Positions 43,428 to 53,151 of a stretch of DNA of 64,000 bases are shown in pieces (position 1 is the first letter of the stretch; each line of letters opens with the position of its first letter). The translations under genes and the position numbers were made by a program. This stretch comes from Eubacteriales bacterium (GTDB lineage: Bacteria > Bacillota > Clostridia > Saccharofermentanales > UBA5734): assembly GCA_028685755.1 (NCBI GenBank), contig JAQUDJ010000007.1, positions 8,680 to 72,679 on the forward strand, read 5' to 3'. Below the pieces are notes generated by a model, which saw only the letters and a program-made list of their open reading frames with translations, was not told the DNA's origin and did not search any database.

Positions 43428-45038
43428 ATGCATGAAACACTTGGCTCTGAGGTGGGCCGTCGGCGGACTTTCGCGATCATCTCTCACCCAGATGCCGGCA
43501 AAACCACGATGACCGAAAAATTGCTGCTTTACGGCGGTGCTATTCATATGGCTGGCACCGTAAAAGCTCGCAAAGCCTCGCGTCATGCGACATCCGATTG
43601 GATGGAAATCGAAAAGCAGCGTGGCATTTCTGTTACGTCGTCGGTCATGCAGTTTAATTACAATGGTTTCTGCATCAATATTCTCGACACGCCGGGGCAT
43701 CAGGACTTCTCTGAAGATACCTATCGCACGCTTGTGGCTGCCGATGCGGCGGTCATGTTAATCGATGGCGCTAAAGGTGTTGAAGCGCAAACAATCAAAC
43801 TTTTTACGGTTTGCCGCCAACGGGGTATTCCGATATTTACGTTTATTAATAAGATGGACCGGGCAGCCAAAAATCCATTTAATCTGATGGATGAACTCGA
43901 AAAAGTGCTCGGCATTTTTTCGGTTCCAGTCAATTGGCCGATTGGTACCGATGGCGATTTCAAGGGCGTATACAACCGCAAATTTAATCGCGTTGAATTG
44001 TTTGACGGAACCAAGGGTGACCACGGCGCGAGCATGGTCAAAGTCTCCGTCACAAGTGTTGATGATCCAAAACTTGTCGATACGATCGGCGAAGATTATC
44101 AGGCAAAATTGATGAGCGATATCGAATTGCTCGATATCGCTGGCGATGAACTCGACCTTGAACGGGTTTTACGCGGTGAACTTTCACCAGTCTTCTTCGG
44201 CAGTGCGATCAGCAACTTCGGTGTCGAATCATTTTTAAATGAATTCCTATCAATGGCACCGGCCCCGACATCGCGTAAAACAACTGAAGGTCATGTCGAA
44301 CCGATGGCGGATTTCTTCAGTGGCTTCGTCTTTAAAATTCAAGCTAATATGAACCCAGACCACCGTGATCGCATGGCTTTTATCCGGATTTGCTCTGGGC
44401 AATTTGAAAAAGGTCTCGAAGTTAAACATGTCCGTCAAGGTAAGACGATCCGACTCGCACAGCCACAACAGCTGATGGCTCAAGAACGAAACCTCGTTGA
44501 CGAAGCCTTTGCTGGCGATATAATTGGCGTCTTTGACCCAGGTATTTTCCGAATTGGTGACACACTCGTCCAAGGTAATCGCAATTTCCGATTCGAAGAT
44601 ATTCCAGTTTTCCCACCCGAGCATTTTGCCCGCGTCATGACCGCCGATTCGATGAAGCGCAAACAATTCCTTAAAGGTATCGAACAACTCGCTGAAGAAG
44701 GTGCAATCCAGGTTTATAAGCAGCCGGACATTGGTACGGAAACCTATATTATTGGGGTCGTCGGCGTCTTGCAGTTTGAAGTATTGGAATATCGTTTAAA
44801 GGCTGAATACGGTGTAACAATCCGTCAAAACACGCTCAATTATCGCCAAGCGCGCTGGATCTTGCCAGACGCAGATGATAAATATGTCGATCCGAAAAAG
44901 TTGACTTTAACGAGCACAACCTTGGTTGTCCTCGATAAAGACGAGAACCCGGTCCTGCTCTTTGAATCCGATTGGGCGATTGACTGGGCCTTGGATCGCA
45001 ACAAGGGCTTAAAGCTCGCGAGTATTCACGGCACGTAG
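43428..45038 (+). CDS. prfC: Peptide chain release factor 3
   Basis: 536 aa with GTPase motifs (SHPDAGKTT, DTPGHQDF, NKMD) and RF3 family identity throughout. Confidence 0.95.
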   Translation: MHETLGSEVGRRRTFAIISHPDAGKTTMTEKLLLYGGAIHMAGTVKARKASRHATSDWMEIEKQRGISVTSSVMQFNYNGFCINILDTPGHQDFSEDTYRTLVAADAAVMLIDGAKGVEAQTIKLFTVCRQRGIPIFTFINKMDRAAKNPFNLMDELEKVLGIFSVPVNWPIGTDGDFKGVYNRKFNRVELFDGTKGDHGASMVKVSVTSVDDPKLVDTIGEDYQAKLMSDIELLDIAGDELDLERVLRGELSPVFFGSAISNFGVESFLNEFLSMAPAPTSRKTTEGHVEPMADFFSGFVFKIQANMNPDHRDRMAFIRICSGQFEKGLEVKHVRQGKTIRLAQPQQLMAQERNLVDEAFAGDIIGVFDPGIFRIGDTLVQGNRNFRFEDIPVFPPEHFARVMTADSMKRKQFLKGIEQLAEEGAIQVYKQPDIGTETYIIGVVGVLQFEVLEYRLKAEYGVTIRQNTLNYRQARWILPDADDKYVDPKKLTLTSTTLVVLDKDENPVLLFESDWAIDWALDRNKGLKLASIHGT

Positions 45039-45082
45039 GCAAAGCAACATCGCTTTGCCTACGCAGGTGCAGTTTCTCTTGT

Positions 45083-45691
45083 TTAAATAACCGGATTTGT
45101 TTTCTTCAACGCGATCGCCAGAGCCTTCGTTAGGGCGGTGCCGGCCATCATAATAACGAGGGCTTCGAGCAGGGCATTGATCGTCACTAGCACCCCGAGG
45201 ATTGCGATGATGCTGTCGCCAAACTGACGTAGGTATTCGGAATTGCCGAAGAACCAGACGAGGGCGCCGACAAAAAGAACGGTATTGATCACTGCGCCGC
45301 TCAATGAGGCAATCGCGAACGACCACGTTTTTGATTTGTCAATTTTAGCAACGGCGCGGAAGATTAGACCAACGAATAGGCCCATTAAAATTCGGGGCAC
45401 CATGGTCAGGATAAAGGTCAGAAACGGGTTGATGCCCATCAGCGTGGTGCCAAATACGTCCATACCGAAGCATTGGGCAAAACTCGTGAGACCGAAAACG
45501 GCTCCAAGTACTGCGCCGGCGAGTGGTCCGATGAGGATTGCACCGACGACGACCGGCAAGGTCAGGAACGTGATGGAGATCGTGCCCAGGCGTAGGTAGC
45601 CAAGTGGCGTGAAGGCCATCAGGATCAGAATGGCTGAAAGTATGGCCGTTTGTGCCATCCACAGCGTCTTTTGGCGGGTTTGAGTGTTCAT
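45083..45691 (-). CDS. ECF transporter S component (pantothenate PanT-like or riboflavin RibU-like)
   Basis: About 200 aa with 6 TM helices and the S-component pattern (GYLRLGTISITFLTLPVVVGAILIGP..G..LG..FGLTSF). Start chosen at the Met at 45691, which has an AAAGGAG ribosome-binding site. The PanT guess rests only on adjacency to the coaX-like gene. Confidence 0.6.
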   Translation of the reverse strand: MNTQTRQKTLWMAQTAILSAILILMAFTPLGYLRLGTISITFLTLPVVVGAILIGPLAGAVLGAVFGLTSFAQCFGMDVFGTTLMGINPFLTFILTMVPRILMGLFVGLIFRAVAKIDKSKTWSFAIASLSGAVINTVLFVGALVWFFGNSEYLRQFGDSIIAILGVLVTINALLEALVIMMAGTALTKALAIALKKTNPVI

Positions 45692-45790
45692 AAGGGGCTC
45701 CTTTGCTGTCGCCTCTTTTTCAGAGTGCAACGCTTGTTTTATTTATATAAAAGCGATGTGTGCCTTTATACCAGAATAAAAAGAATCGTT

Positions 45791-46576
45791 CTATGTATGG
45801 GATCGGTCGTTTAGTTGATCGATTTTTTGTAGCCCGATCAAGGTCAGATTGGGTTCATAACTGATCTGATGGCCACTTTGGCAGTACGGAATTACGGCTT
45901 TTGCCAAGTGACCTGTTGTGATCACCGTTAGGCTTTTAGTATTCCATTCAGATGCGATTCGGTCAAGCAATCCATCGACCATTGCAGCGTTTCCGTAAAT
46001 AATACCACCCACCATGGAGTCGATTGTATTCTTGCCGAGGACTGATTTTGGCTTGTCAGGGGCAATACTTGGTAATTCTGCAGCTTGTGTTGACAACGCG
46101 TCAAGTGAAGCGCGAATGCCTGGGTAAATCAATACTCCGGTCAGTTCACCTGCGCTATTAAGACCTGCTAAAGTCGTGGCGGTGCCAAAAGAAACGACGA
46201 CGAGGGGCGCTTTTTGCAGACTCAAAGCACCCACGGCATTCGCGACAATATCGGCGCCAACTTGGGATGGGATATCCGTTTTGATGTTCACGCCTGATTT
46301 GACACCAGGGCCTAAAAATAGTGGCGTAATTCCTGAGAGTTTTTCGACAGCTTGGCTAATGACCGCATTCAAAGGCCGCACGACCGACGCAATGATTCCG
46401 CGCGTGATGTCCCGTCGGTCAACGTGGTGCATGGCCAAAATGCCTTGAATCAAAATCGCGTACTCATCTGCGCTTTTTTCACGATCCGTGGCAAATTGGG
46501 CATCGCACAACTGCTTTTCGCCATCGAAAATACCAAGGAAGATCTGGGAATTTTCAAGACTCAGTGCAAGCAACAT
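45791..46576 (-). CDS. coaX: Type III pantothenate kinase (CoaX)-like protein with divergent ASKHA motifs
   Basis: 261 aa with CoaX-like length and blocks (GADIVANAVGA, FGTATT). The N-terminal DxGNT box reads SLENS, and the C-terminal GG reads GH. Confidence 0.65.
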   Translation of the reverse strand: MLLALSLENSQIFLGIFDGEKQLCDAQFATDREKSADEYAILIQGILAMHHVDRRDITRGIIASVVRPLNAVISQAVEKLSGITPLFLGPGVKSGVNIKTDIPSQVGADIVANAVGALSLQKAPLVVVSFGTATTLAGLNSAGELTGVLIYPGIRASLDALSTQAAELPSIAPDKPKSVLGKNTIDSMVGGIIYGNAAMVDGLLDRIASEWNTKSLTVITTGHLAKAVIPYCQSGHQISYEPNLTLIGLQKIDQLNDRSHT

Positions 46577-46585
46577 GTTACTACC

Positions 46586-48343
46586 TCATGAACCGATGCG
46601 GGAATGGAGGAGCTGTTTGACTGACTGCAACGTCACGTCCGCGGCAGCTTGGTCTTTGGCCCGAATAGAATAGTATATTTTGATTTTGGGTTCGGTCCCG
46701 GATGGCCGAATCGCAATCCATGATCCGTCTGCCAAAATGAATTTTAAGACGTCTGTCTTATCGAGGCCATCAATTCCAAGGCTGTAATCTTTAACTGTCG
46801 CGATGTTTGGGAGCAAGGTTGCGCTGTTGACCCGAAAATCAACCATCAAGTTTGCGATTTTTTCGGCGCCAGCTTTGCCAGACAGCGTGAATGAATCGAG
46901 ATCGTCGAGGAAATAACCATGTGTTGAATAGAGCTCATTCAAACGATCGATGAGTGTTTGGCCATGAGCTTGCCAGTGCGCCGCCATTTCGGCGATCAGG
47001 CGTGCGGCAACGACGGCGTCTTTGTCGCGGGCATGGGTACCGACAAGATAACCAAAGCTTTCTTCATAGCCGACAATAAATTCACGTTCGCCAGTGCGTT
47101 CGTAGCTATTGATTTGGTCGCCAATGTATTTGAAGCCAGTCAATGTATTCACAACTGAGAGGCCACGGCTGCGGCCGATCGTTGCGCCGAGATCGTTGGT
47201 CACGATGGTCTTAACTAACGTGGCATCACTTTCATAGGCCTGGCCTAATGTCACAAAATCTACGAGCAAGGCGCCTATTTGGTTGCCCGTCAGCAAGATA
47301 AATTCACCCTGATGATTCACAGCTGCCCCGACACGGTCGCAATCCGGATCCGTTCCAAGTACGAGGGCTGCACCGCTCTTTTGCGCTTGGGCAATTGCTA
47401 AAGCAAGTGCATCTTTTTCTTCTGGGTTTGGTGAACGAACGGTTGGAAAATTCCCATCGGGGATTGCTTGGGCGGCAACTAATTCAGTTGCAAAAGGGCT
47501 CAGTATTTCTCGGACTGGCACAACGCCTGAGCCATGTAAGGGCGTGTAAACAATTTTGAGTTGATCGGGTTGAATTGGGTGGCTCAATAGTGTTTGGGAG
47601 GCATGACGGTAACCATTAATCACATGCTGCGGATCATCGAAACGGTGTACGGCACCTTGACCTGGCAAATGGGATTGGAGACGAACCGCGGCAAGAAACG
47701 CGGTCATAATTTCGCTGCCGACTGGTTGCAATCGATTCAGTTGGGTTGCCTTTTCGAGATCGAGCACAGGAATGGCCGCATAGTCGGTGACCGCATTGAC
47801 CTTCGCAATAACTTGATCGGCATCATGCGGGATGAGTTGGCAGCCTTCTGCATCATAGACTTTATAACCATTGTAAATTTTAGGATTGTGGCTCGCGGTG
47901 ATGACGATTCCGGCATGGCATCCGAGATGCCGGACAGCAAAAGACAGGACGGGAGTCGGGGCGATCTGGTCAAATAGATAGGTTTTGATCCCAGCGGCGC
48001 AGAGGACTTCTGCAGCTTGTGCGGCAAAATCGGCTGAATTCAGGCGTGAGTCAAACGCTACCGCAACGGAAAGAACGACAGGTTCTGAATATTTTTGATA
48101 TTTGGCCAAAAGGTAATCGGCAAGACCGCGTGTTGCACGGCGCACGGTATAGCGATTCATCCGGTTCGTGCCAGCACCCATGACCCCACGTAAGCCGCCT
48201 GTGCCGAACTCAAGATCGCGATAAAAGCGATCTTCAATCTCAGCAGACGATGTGATCGATTTCAATTCGGAGGTTGTTGATTCATCGAAATCAAGCCAGG
48301 ACAAGTATCGGGCCTGAATCGACAAAGGCAAACCGCTGATCAT
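46586..48343 (-). CDS. pgm: Phosphoglucomutase/phosphomannomutase family phospho-sugar mutase
   Basis: 585 aa with active-site TASHNP, metal loop GTDPDCDR and sugar-binding GYEESFG. Confidence 0.85.
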   Translation of the reverse strand: MISGLPLSIQARYLSWLDFDESTTSELKSITSSAEIEDRFYRDLEFGTGGLRGVMGAGTNRMNRYTVRRATRGLADYLLAKYQKYSEPVVLSVAVAFDSRLNSADFAAQAAEVLCAAGIKTYLFDQIAPTPVLSFAVRHLGCHAGIVITASHNPKIYNGYKVYDAEGCQLIPHDADQVIAKVNAVTDYAAIPVLDLEKATQLNRLQPVGSEIMTAFLAAVRLQSHLPGQGAVHRFDDPQHVINGYRHASQTLLSHPIQPDQLKIVYTPLHGSGVVPVREILSPFATELVAAQAIPDGNFPTVRSPNPEEKDALALAIAQAQKSGAALVLGTDPDCDRVGAAVNHQGEFILLTGNQIGALLVDFVTLGQAYESDATLVKTIVTNDLGATIGRSRGLSVVNTLTGFKYIGDQINSYERTGEREFIVGYEESFGYLVGTHARDKDAVVAARLIAEMAAHWQAHGQTLIDRLNELYSTHGYFLDDLDSFTLSGKAGAEKIANLMVDFRVNSATLLPNIATVKDYSLGIDGLDKTDVLKFILADGSWIAIRPSGTEPKIKIYYSIRAKDQAAADVTLQSVKQLLHSRIGS

Positions 48344-49842
48344 TTGAAGCTATCCAAAACCGCTTGTTTCATATCATCGCGGTTGATTTTGTGGTCATGG
48401 CGGACATCACGCAGGTTCAAATCCTTGAGTGGCAGGGGAATCTCAAGTCCACTTTCTGCGGATAATTCATTGAGGAGTGTTTCTTCGCTACGACCACGAC
48501 TGTAACCATTACCAAAGATCGCATCACAAACAGCTGCACCGAATTTGAAGGGGCTAGCGGTGGAAACAAAAACCGTGCAGGTATTGTCGCCAGAGCGTTG
48601 TGCGTATCGGCTATAGACGTTAAAGCCGACTGCTGTGTGAGTGTCAATTAAGTGATCCGTGCGATCATAGACATCGCGAATCATCTTGGTCGTCCCAAAA
48701 TCGTCTGTAAATCCACCAACAAACACTTCTTGGAGTTGTCGCAAGGTTGCTGGATCTACTGTATAACTGCCTTCGTTTGCAAGTTTTTCCATCCATGTTC
48801 GAATCGTCTGATCCTTGCGTCCAGTCACTTCATAGAGCAATCGCTCAAGATTGCTCGAAATTAGGATATCCATGGATGGCGTATTGGTTTTGAAAAATTC
48901 ACGGCGGCGGTCGTAGTTACCGTTACGGAGGAAATCGGACAAAACTTTATTCTTGTTAGAGGCGCAGATCAACTTGTTGATCGGCAAGCCCATCGCACGG
49001 GCATACCAAGCTGCTAAAATATTACCAAAATTGCCAGTCGGCACAACGACATTAATTTTGTGGCCAAGTTCGATTTTTTCTCGAGCGAGTAAATCAGCAT
49101 AGGCTGAGAAATAATAGACTATTTGCGGCACGAGGCGGCCCCAATTGATCGAGTTAGCGGATGACAGCATGATGCCCTTTTCGGCTAAATCACGAGCGAA
49201 ATCGGTGTCACTAAAAATGGCTTTGACGCCAGATTGTGCATCGTCAAAACTACCTTCGACTGCCACAACATGGCAATTGGCGCCTTCGGTCGTCACCATT
49301 TGTAAGCGTTGGATTTCACTGACGCCTTTAGATGGATAAAAAACCACGACAGAGGTACCTTCAACATCGGCAAAGCCTTCAAGAGCCGCTTTGCCTGTGT
49401 CTCCAGAGGTTGCTGTCAGTATGCAGATTTGCGCCTTTTCCCCTGTTTTACGGATCGCCGCGGTCATTAAATGAGGTAGTAATTGCAAAGCCATATCCTT
49501 AAAAGCAGCAGTTGGCCCGTGCCAAAGCTCAAGCATGAATTCTCGATTGTTATACTTATTGAGTTGGGCAAGTGGCGCCGGATCGGTGCCGAACTTATCT
49601 TCGCTATAAGCTGCTTCAGCATATTCTCGTAACTCAGATACCGAGTAATCTGTCAGGTATAGCGCCAGGATTTCAACAGCACGATCGACATAACTTTTTT
49701 TGGCAAGCGTGGCAATTTGTTCGAGGCTGACACTTGGAATGTTTTCCGGAACGAAAAGGCCGCCATCCGGGGCAATGCCTTGCTTAATGGCCATTGCTGA
49801 TGGATAGCGGACATCGCCGCCACGGGTGCTGATATAGTTCAT
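48340..49842 (-). CDS. thrC: Threonine synthase
   Basis: 500 aa with an MNYISTRG start, PLP-lysine context PTAAFKDMALQ and ATSGDTG. Confidence 0.9.
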   Translation of the reverse strand: MNYISTRGGDVRYPSAMAIKQGIAPDGGLFVPENIPSVSLEQIATLAKKSYVDRAVEILALYLTDYSVSELREYAEAAYSEDKFGTDPAPLAQLNKYNNREFMLELWHGPTAAFKDMALQLLPHLMTAAIRKTGEKAQICILTATSGDTGKAALEGFADVEGTSVVVFYPSKGVSEIQRLQMVTTEGANCHVVAVEGSFDDAQSGVKAIFSDTDFARDLAEKGIMLSSANSINWGRLVPQIVYYFSAYADLLAREKIELGHKINVVVPTGNFGNILAAWYARAMGLPINKLICASNKNKVLSDFLRNGNYDRRREFFKTNTPSMDILISSNLERLLYEVTGRKDQTIRTWMEKLANEGSYTVDPATLRQLQEVFVGGFTDDFGTTKMIRDVYDRTDHLIDTHTAVGFNVYSRYAQRSGDNTCTVFVSTASPFKFGAAVCDAIFGNGYSRGRSEETLLNELSAESGLEIPLPLKDLNLRDVRHDHKINRDDMKQAVLDSFK

Positions 49843-49863
49843 GAAAGAGTCCTCCTCGTGGAT

Positions 49864-51318
49864 TTAGCCGAGCTCTTGTAAGCGAACGGCGGCATAATCG
49901 GCAACTTCGCTGCCGGCAAAATTCTCAATAACGAATTGATAGAACGGTTGAGCCTTCTCAAATTGACCGAGGGCTTGGTAATTGCGGCCGCAATAATAGG
50001 CCACGCCACCGCCATATGCAAGGGGTTTGAGTGCATAGGCACGTAGATAGAGCGTCAAAGACGTTTCATAGTCTTTGATATCATATGCATCGCGACCTTG
50101 AACCCGAAGGATTTCTGAGGCGTCGGTGCGATACATATCTAGGCTGCCATCAATTTTTGATTTGAGCGCGGTGACACTCAAAGGGACAGCCGGTGACGTT
50201 TGTTCGGTCTCAAGGCCTTCTGCTGCTTTTTGGATGGTCAGTAAACTCTCCGCCGCGGTGACCACATCGGAACTAGCGAGAATTAAGGCGGCTTGGTACT
50301 CACTATACACTTGCGTCAGCAGATCATTCTGACTAATCGCCTCTGTCGTTTCAGTGATTTCAGTCGGGTCTGCAGATTGCATGCTAGCTGTTGTTGTCGA
50401 TGTGGGTGATTCGGAATTTTGCAGACCGCTCGATCCCGTTGGGGGCAACCCTTCAGGCGCGATGAATTGGTCGTAATCGGCCAAAAGCAATGCTATTTCA
50501 GAGTCTTTTGACGATAGTTGGCCAAGACGATCTAAGATGAAATTTAATTTTTCTGCCGTCGATGGCGCTTTGATGGCAGGGGTACTAGGCGAAAACATCG
50601 GCCATGTTATTTTTGAAATTCCCCAGCCGACGAGACCAACCAACACAATTGCAGCCAAAACGAAGCCGGCTATTTTCGTTAGACGAGGGATATCCACACG
50701 TTGCGATATTTGTAAGATCGGGGTTGTTTCACGTTCGGCCAAATCACCGCGGCGCATCACATGCGAAACTTCTTTTTTGCTAGCCATTCGAGGTTTGTTT
50801 GATTTGCCTGAACGTGATAGGATCGGTGTCCCGCTGGATAGATTGGTTTCTCGTCGACTCGAGGATTCAGACGAAGGTTTCATGCCAAATTTAGATTTAT
50901 GCGTGGCTGGGGTTTCGGTCGAAGTTGTTATGCGTTGTTCATTAATCGTAGCAACCAAGGCTTCAGCCAAGCGATTTTCAGAGGCGCTTAAGCCGGCTAA
51001 TTTGGCTCGATCGACGACTTCCTGCGCAGCAGCATAACGATGTTGTTCAATTAAACAAACACCAAAGAGTAAGGACGCCGGTCCAAAAAGCGGATAATTG
51101 ATCACTAGTTTACGCAGGGCAATTTGGGCGACATCGGCACTATCACTGCGCAGATTAACAAGCGCCCGATTGTAACTGGCGATAGCCGCTTCCATTTCAC
51201 GAGGCGGTGCAAATATTTCGGTCTCTTCCAAGGTTAGTTGAGGAAGTGTGTTGAGGATGACTTGCCAATTCAACAGAATGGGTCCTCCAGTAGCGGTTAA
51301 GACATGAGTTTGATCCAT
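49864..51318 (-). CDS. TPR-like repeat protein with a central TM helix and an S/T-rich linker
   Basis: 484 aa. Helical-repeat N- and C-terminal regions, and a single hydrophobic segment IAGFVLAAIVLVGLVGWGI. No enzyme motif is seen. Confidence 0.5.
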   Translation of the reverse strand: MDQTHVLTATGGPILLNWQVILNTLPQLTLEETEIFAPPREMEAAIASYNRALVNLRSDSADVAQIALRKLVINYPLFGPASLLFGVCLIEQHRYAAAQEVVDRAKLAGLSASENRLAEALVATINEQRITTSTETPATHKSKFGMKPSSESSSRRETNLSSGTPILSRSGKSNKPRMASKKEVSHVMRRGDLAERETTPILQISQRVDIPRLTKIAGFVLAAIVLVGLVGWGISKITWPMFSPSTPAIKAPSTAEKLNFILDRLGQLSSKDSEIALLLADYDQFIAPEGLPPTGSSGLQNSESPTSTTTASMQSADPTEITETTEAISQNDLLTQVYSEYQAALILASSDVVTAAESLLTIQKAAEGLETEQTSPAVPLSVTALKSKIDGSLDMYRTDASEILRVQGRDAYDIKDYETSLTLYLRAYALKPLAYGGGVAYYCGRNYQALGQFEKAQPFYQFVIENFAGSEVADYAAVRLQELG

Positions 51319-52685
51319 GATCGCAGCTGACCAACCAGATAAAGTGAACCAAATGCGCAGAGCGGAATTTGGCGTTCGAGAGCCAAATGAATCGCACGGT
51401 GCAAAGCTACTTCAGGGTGTTCGCTAACTTGGACCATATCCCGCCTATTATAACCATTTTGCTGGTCTATTTTCAATTCATTCATCGCCTGGGCAAGGCT
51501 TTCAGCCGCTAAAGCGCGTGGATTATCAGGTGTTGTACACATAATTGTATCGATCTGAAAGCGACGTTGCGAAAAAAGGTCGCTTAGCATGGTTTGATAA
51601 TCCTTATCTGCTAGTAAGCCCACCAAAAAAACAACGCCTTGATCAGGCACCAAGCGATCTAGCGCATCGCCTAGTGCACGGCAACCTTGTGGATTGTGGG
51701 CCCCATCGAGCATCACAAGCGGTGTACTGTGGGTTGCCGGTAAAACCTCGAGCCGCGCGGGCCAGCGGGCGCGGCTAATGCCTTCGTCAATCGCCTGCTG
51801 ACAGGTAAGGCCTTTACACGCGCTGATCGCCAATGCGGCATTCATCGGTTGGAACAGCCCTAACAATTGTGTCGTATAGGTGACATCGCGAAAGGTAAAC
51901 TGTTGACCCGTAATACTATAGTTTTCGGTTTTAACTTGATTGGCTTGAATCACCAATAAACTCGCTTTTTGGCGCTGACACGTTTCATTGACGACCGCGA
52001 GTGCCTGTTCAGCATCGGATTGGCATGTCGGCAAGGCCGCAAATGGATCGTATAGAAAAACATTGCTTTGCGGTTTGATAATGCCAGCCTTTTCCGTAGC
52101 GATGGCGGCGATCGTCGAACCGAGACGATCCATATGATCATAGCCAAGGGCAGTGATGATGATGCGCTCGGGATTACAAATAACATTTGTCGAATCCAGA
52201 CGTCCGCCCAAGCCCGTTTCCAGCACGACCCATTCACAACGTTGTACTTGAAAAAAGAGGAACGCACAAGCTGTGATCAACTCAAATTCCGTTGGGTGTT
52301 CTTCCCCATTTGCGAGCATGATATCCACAGCCGAACGAATTTTCGTCATTAAATTAGCGAATACATCCGCGGTAATTTCACCAGACGCTTCATCTGATTC
52401 TAACCGATCAAGCCCTCTGCGGCCGTCGATCACGCGCATCCGTTCGGTGAAGCGTTCGATAAATGGGGATGTGTAAACGCCAACTCGGTGGTCAGCGCAC
52501 GCCAAAATTGCGGCGCAATAACTTGTGACTGAGCCTTTGCCATTTGTTCCGGCAATGTGAATAATGCGAAATCCAGCTTCTGGGTGATCTAGCAATTCTA
52601 GTAGCCGGTTCATCCGTTCAAGACCTAAACGGATGCCAAAAGTCAGGGCATGCTGAATATATTCGCGCGCTTCTATGTCATTCAT
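51297..52685 (-). CDS. folC: Bifunctional folylpolyglutamate synthase / dihydrofolate synthase
   Basis: 462 aa Mur-ligase fold with the P-loop HIAGTNGKGS and FolC family blocks. Confidence 0.9.
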   Translation of the reverse strand: MNDIEAREYIQHALTFGIRLGLERMNRLLELLDHPEAGFRIIHIAGTNGKGSVTSYCAAILACADHRVGVYTSPFIERFTERMRVIDGRRGLDRLESDEASGEITADVFANLMTKIRSAVDIMLANGEEHPTEFELITACAFLFFQVQRCEWVVLETGLGGRLDSTNVICNPERIIITALGYDHMDRLGSTIAAIATEKAGIIKPQSNVFLYDPFAALPTCQSDAEQALAVVNETCQRQKASLLVIQANQVKTENYSITGQQFTFRDVTYTTQLLGLFQPMNAALAISACKGLTCQQAIDEGISRARWPARLEVLPATHSTPLVMLDGAHNPQGCRALGDALDRLVPDQGVVFLVGLLADKDYQTMLSDLFSQRRFQIDTIMCTTPDNPRALAAESLAQAMNELKIDQQNGYNRRDMVQVSEHPEVALHRAIHLALERQIPLCAFGSLYLVGQLRSWIKLMS

Positions 52686-53143
52686 GAGGTATGCTGTTGG
52701 GCGTTTTTATGCGTAAAGATGAAGTATTTACTCAAAAGATAATTGCCGACAATAACTAAGAATTGCGTCAGTACTTTACTAACTGAAAGTGAAAAGCTCC
52801 CAATCGGAATGACTTGGCGAATTTTGAGCCATTCATAAAGAAGAAACATCGCCCCATATTCGAATGCAAGTGAAACGATGATCCTCGATCCAATGAATTT
52901 TTTGGCCTCATGCAAAAGCGGGCCCTTTGAACGAAAGACATACCAGCGGTTGATAAAAAAGGCGAAGATCAAGGCTAACCCAATTGCCGGAACATTCGTC
53001 ACATACCAATAATCCTGACCGAAAACGCGGCTCAGCAGTGTAAATAAGACGAGATTGACGAGTGTGGTCAAAACACCCGCGATAAGATAGGCAATAACCT
53101 CACGCTGAAAAAATAAGCGTATCAACTTTTTGATCATTAACAT
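52682..53143 (-). CDS. GtrA-family membrane protein
   Basis: 153 aa with 4 TM helices and the GtrA pattern (GVLTTLVNL..F..L......Y...N......AF.INR.YVF). Confidence 0.75.
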   Translation of the reverse strand: MLMIKKLIRLFFQREVIAYLIAGVLTTLVNLVLFTLLSRVFGQDYWYVTNVPAIGLALIFAFFINRWYVFRSKGPLLHEAKKFIGSRIIVSLAFEYGAMFLLYEWLKIRQVIPIGSFSLSVSKVLTQFLVIVGNYLLSKYFIFTHKNAQQHTS

Positions 53144-53151
53144 TCGCAGCG

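Noticed and set aside
45038-45060. Hairpin GGCAAAGC-aacatc-GCTTTGCC after prfC as a terminator
   Set aside because: It has an 8-bp stem but no adjacent T-run on either strand. It could still be a weak or factor-dependent terminator, but it is not confident enough to annotate.
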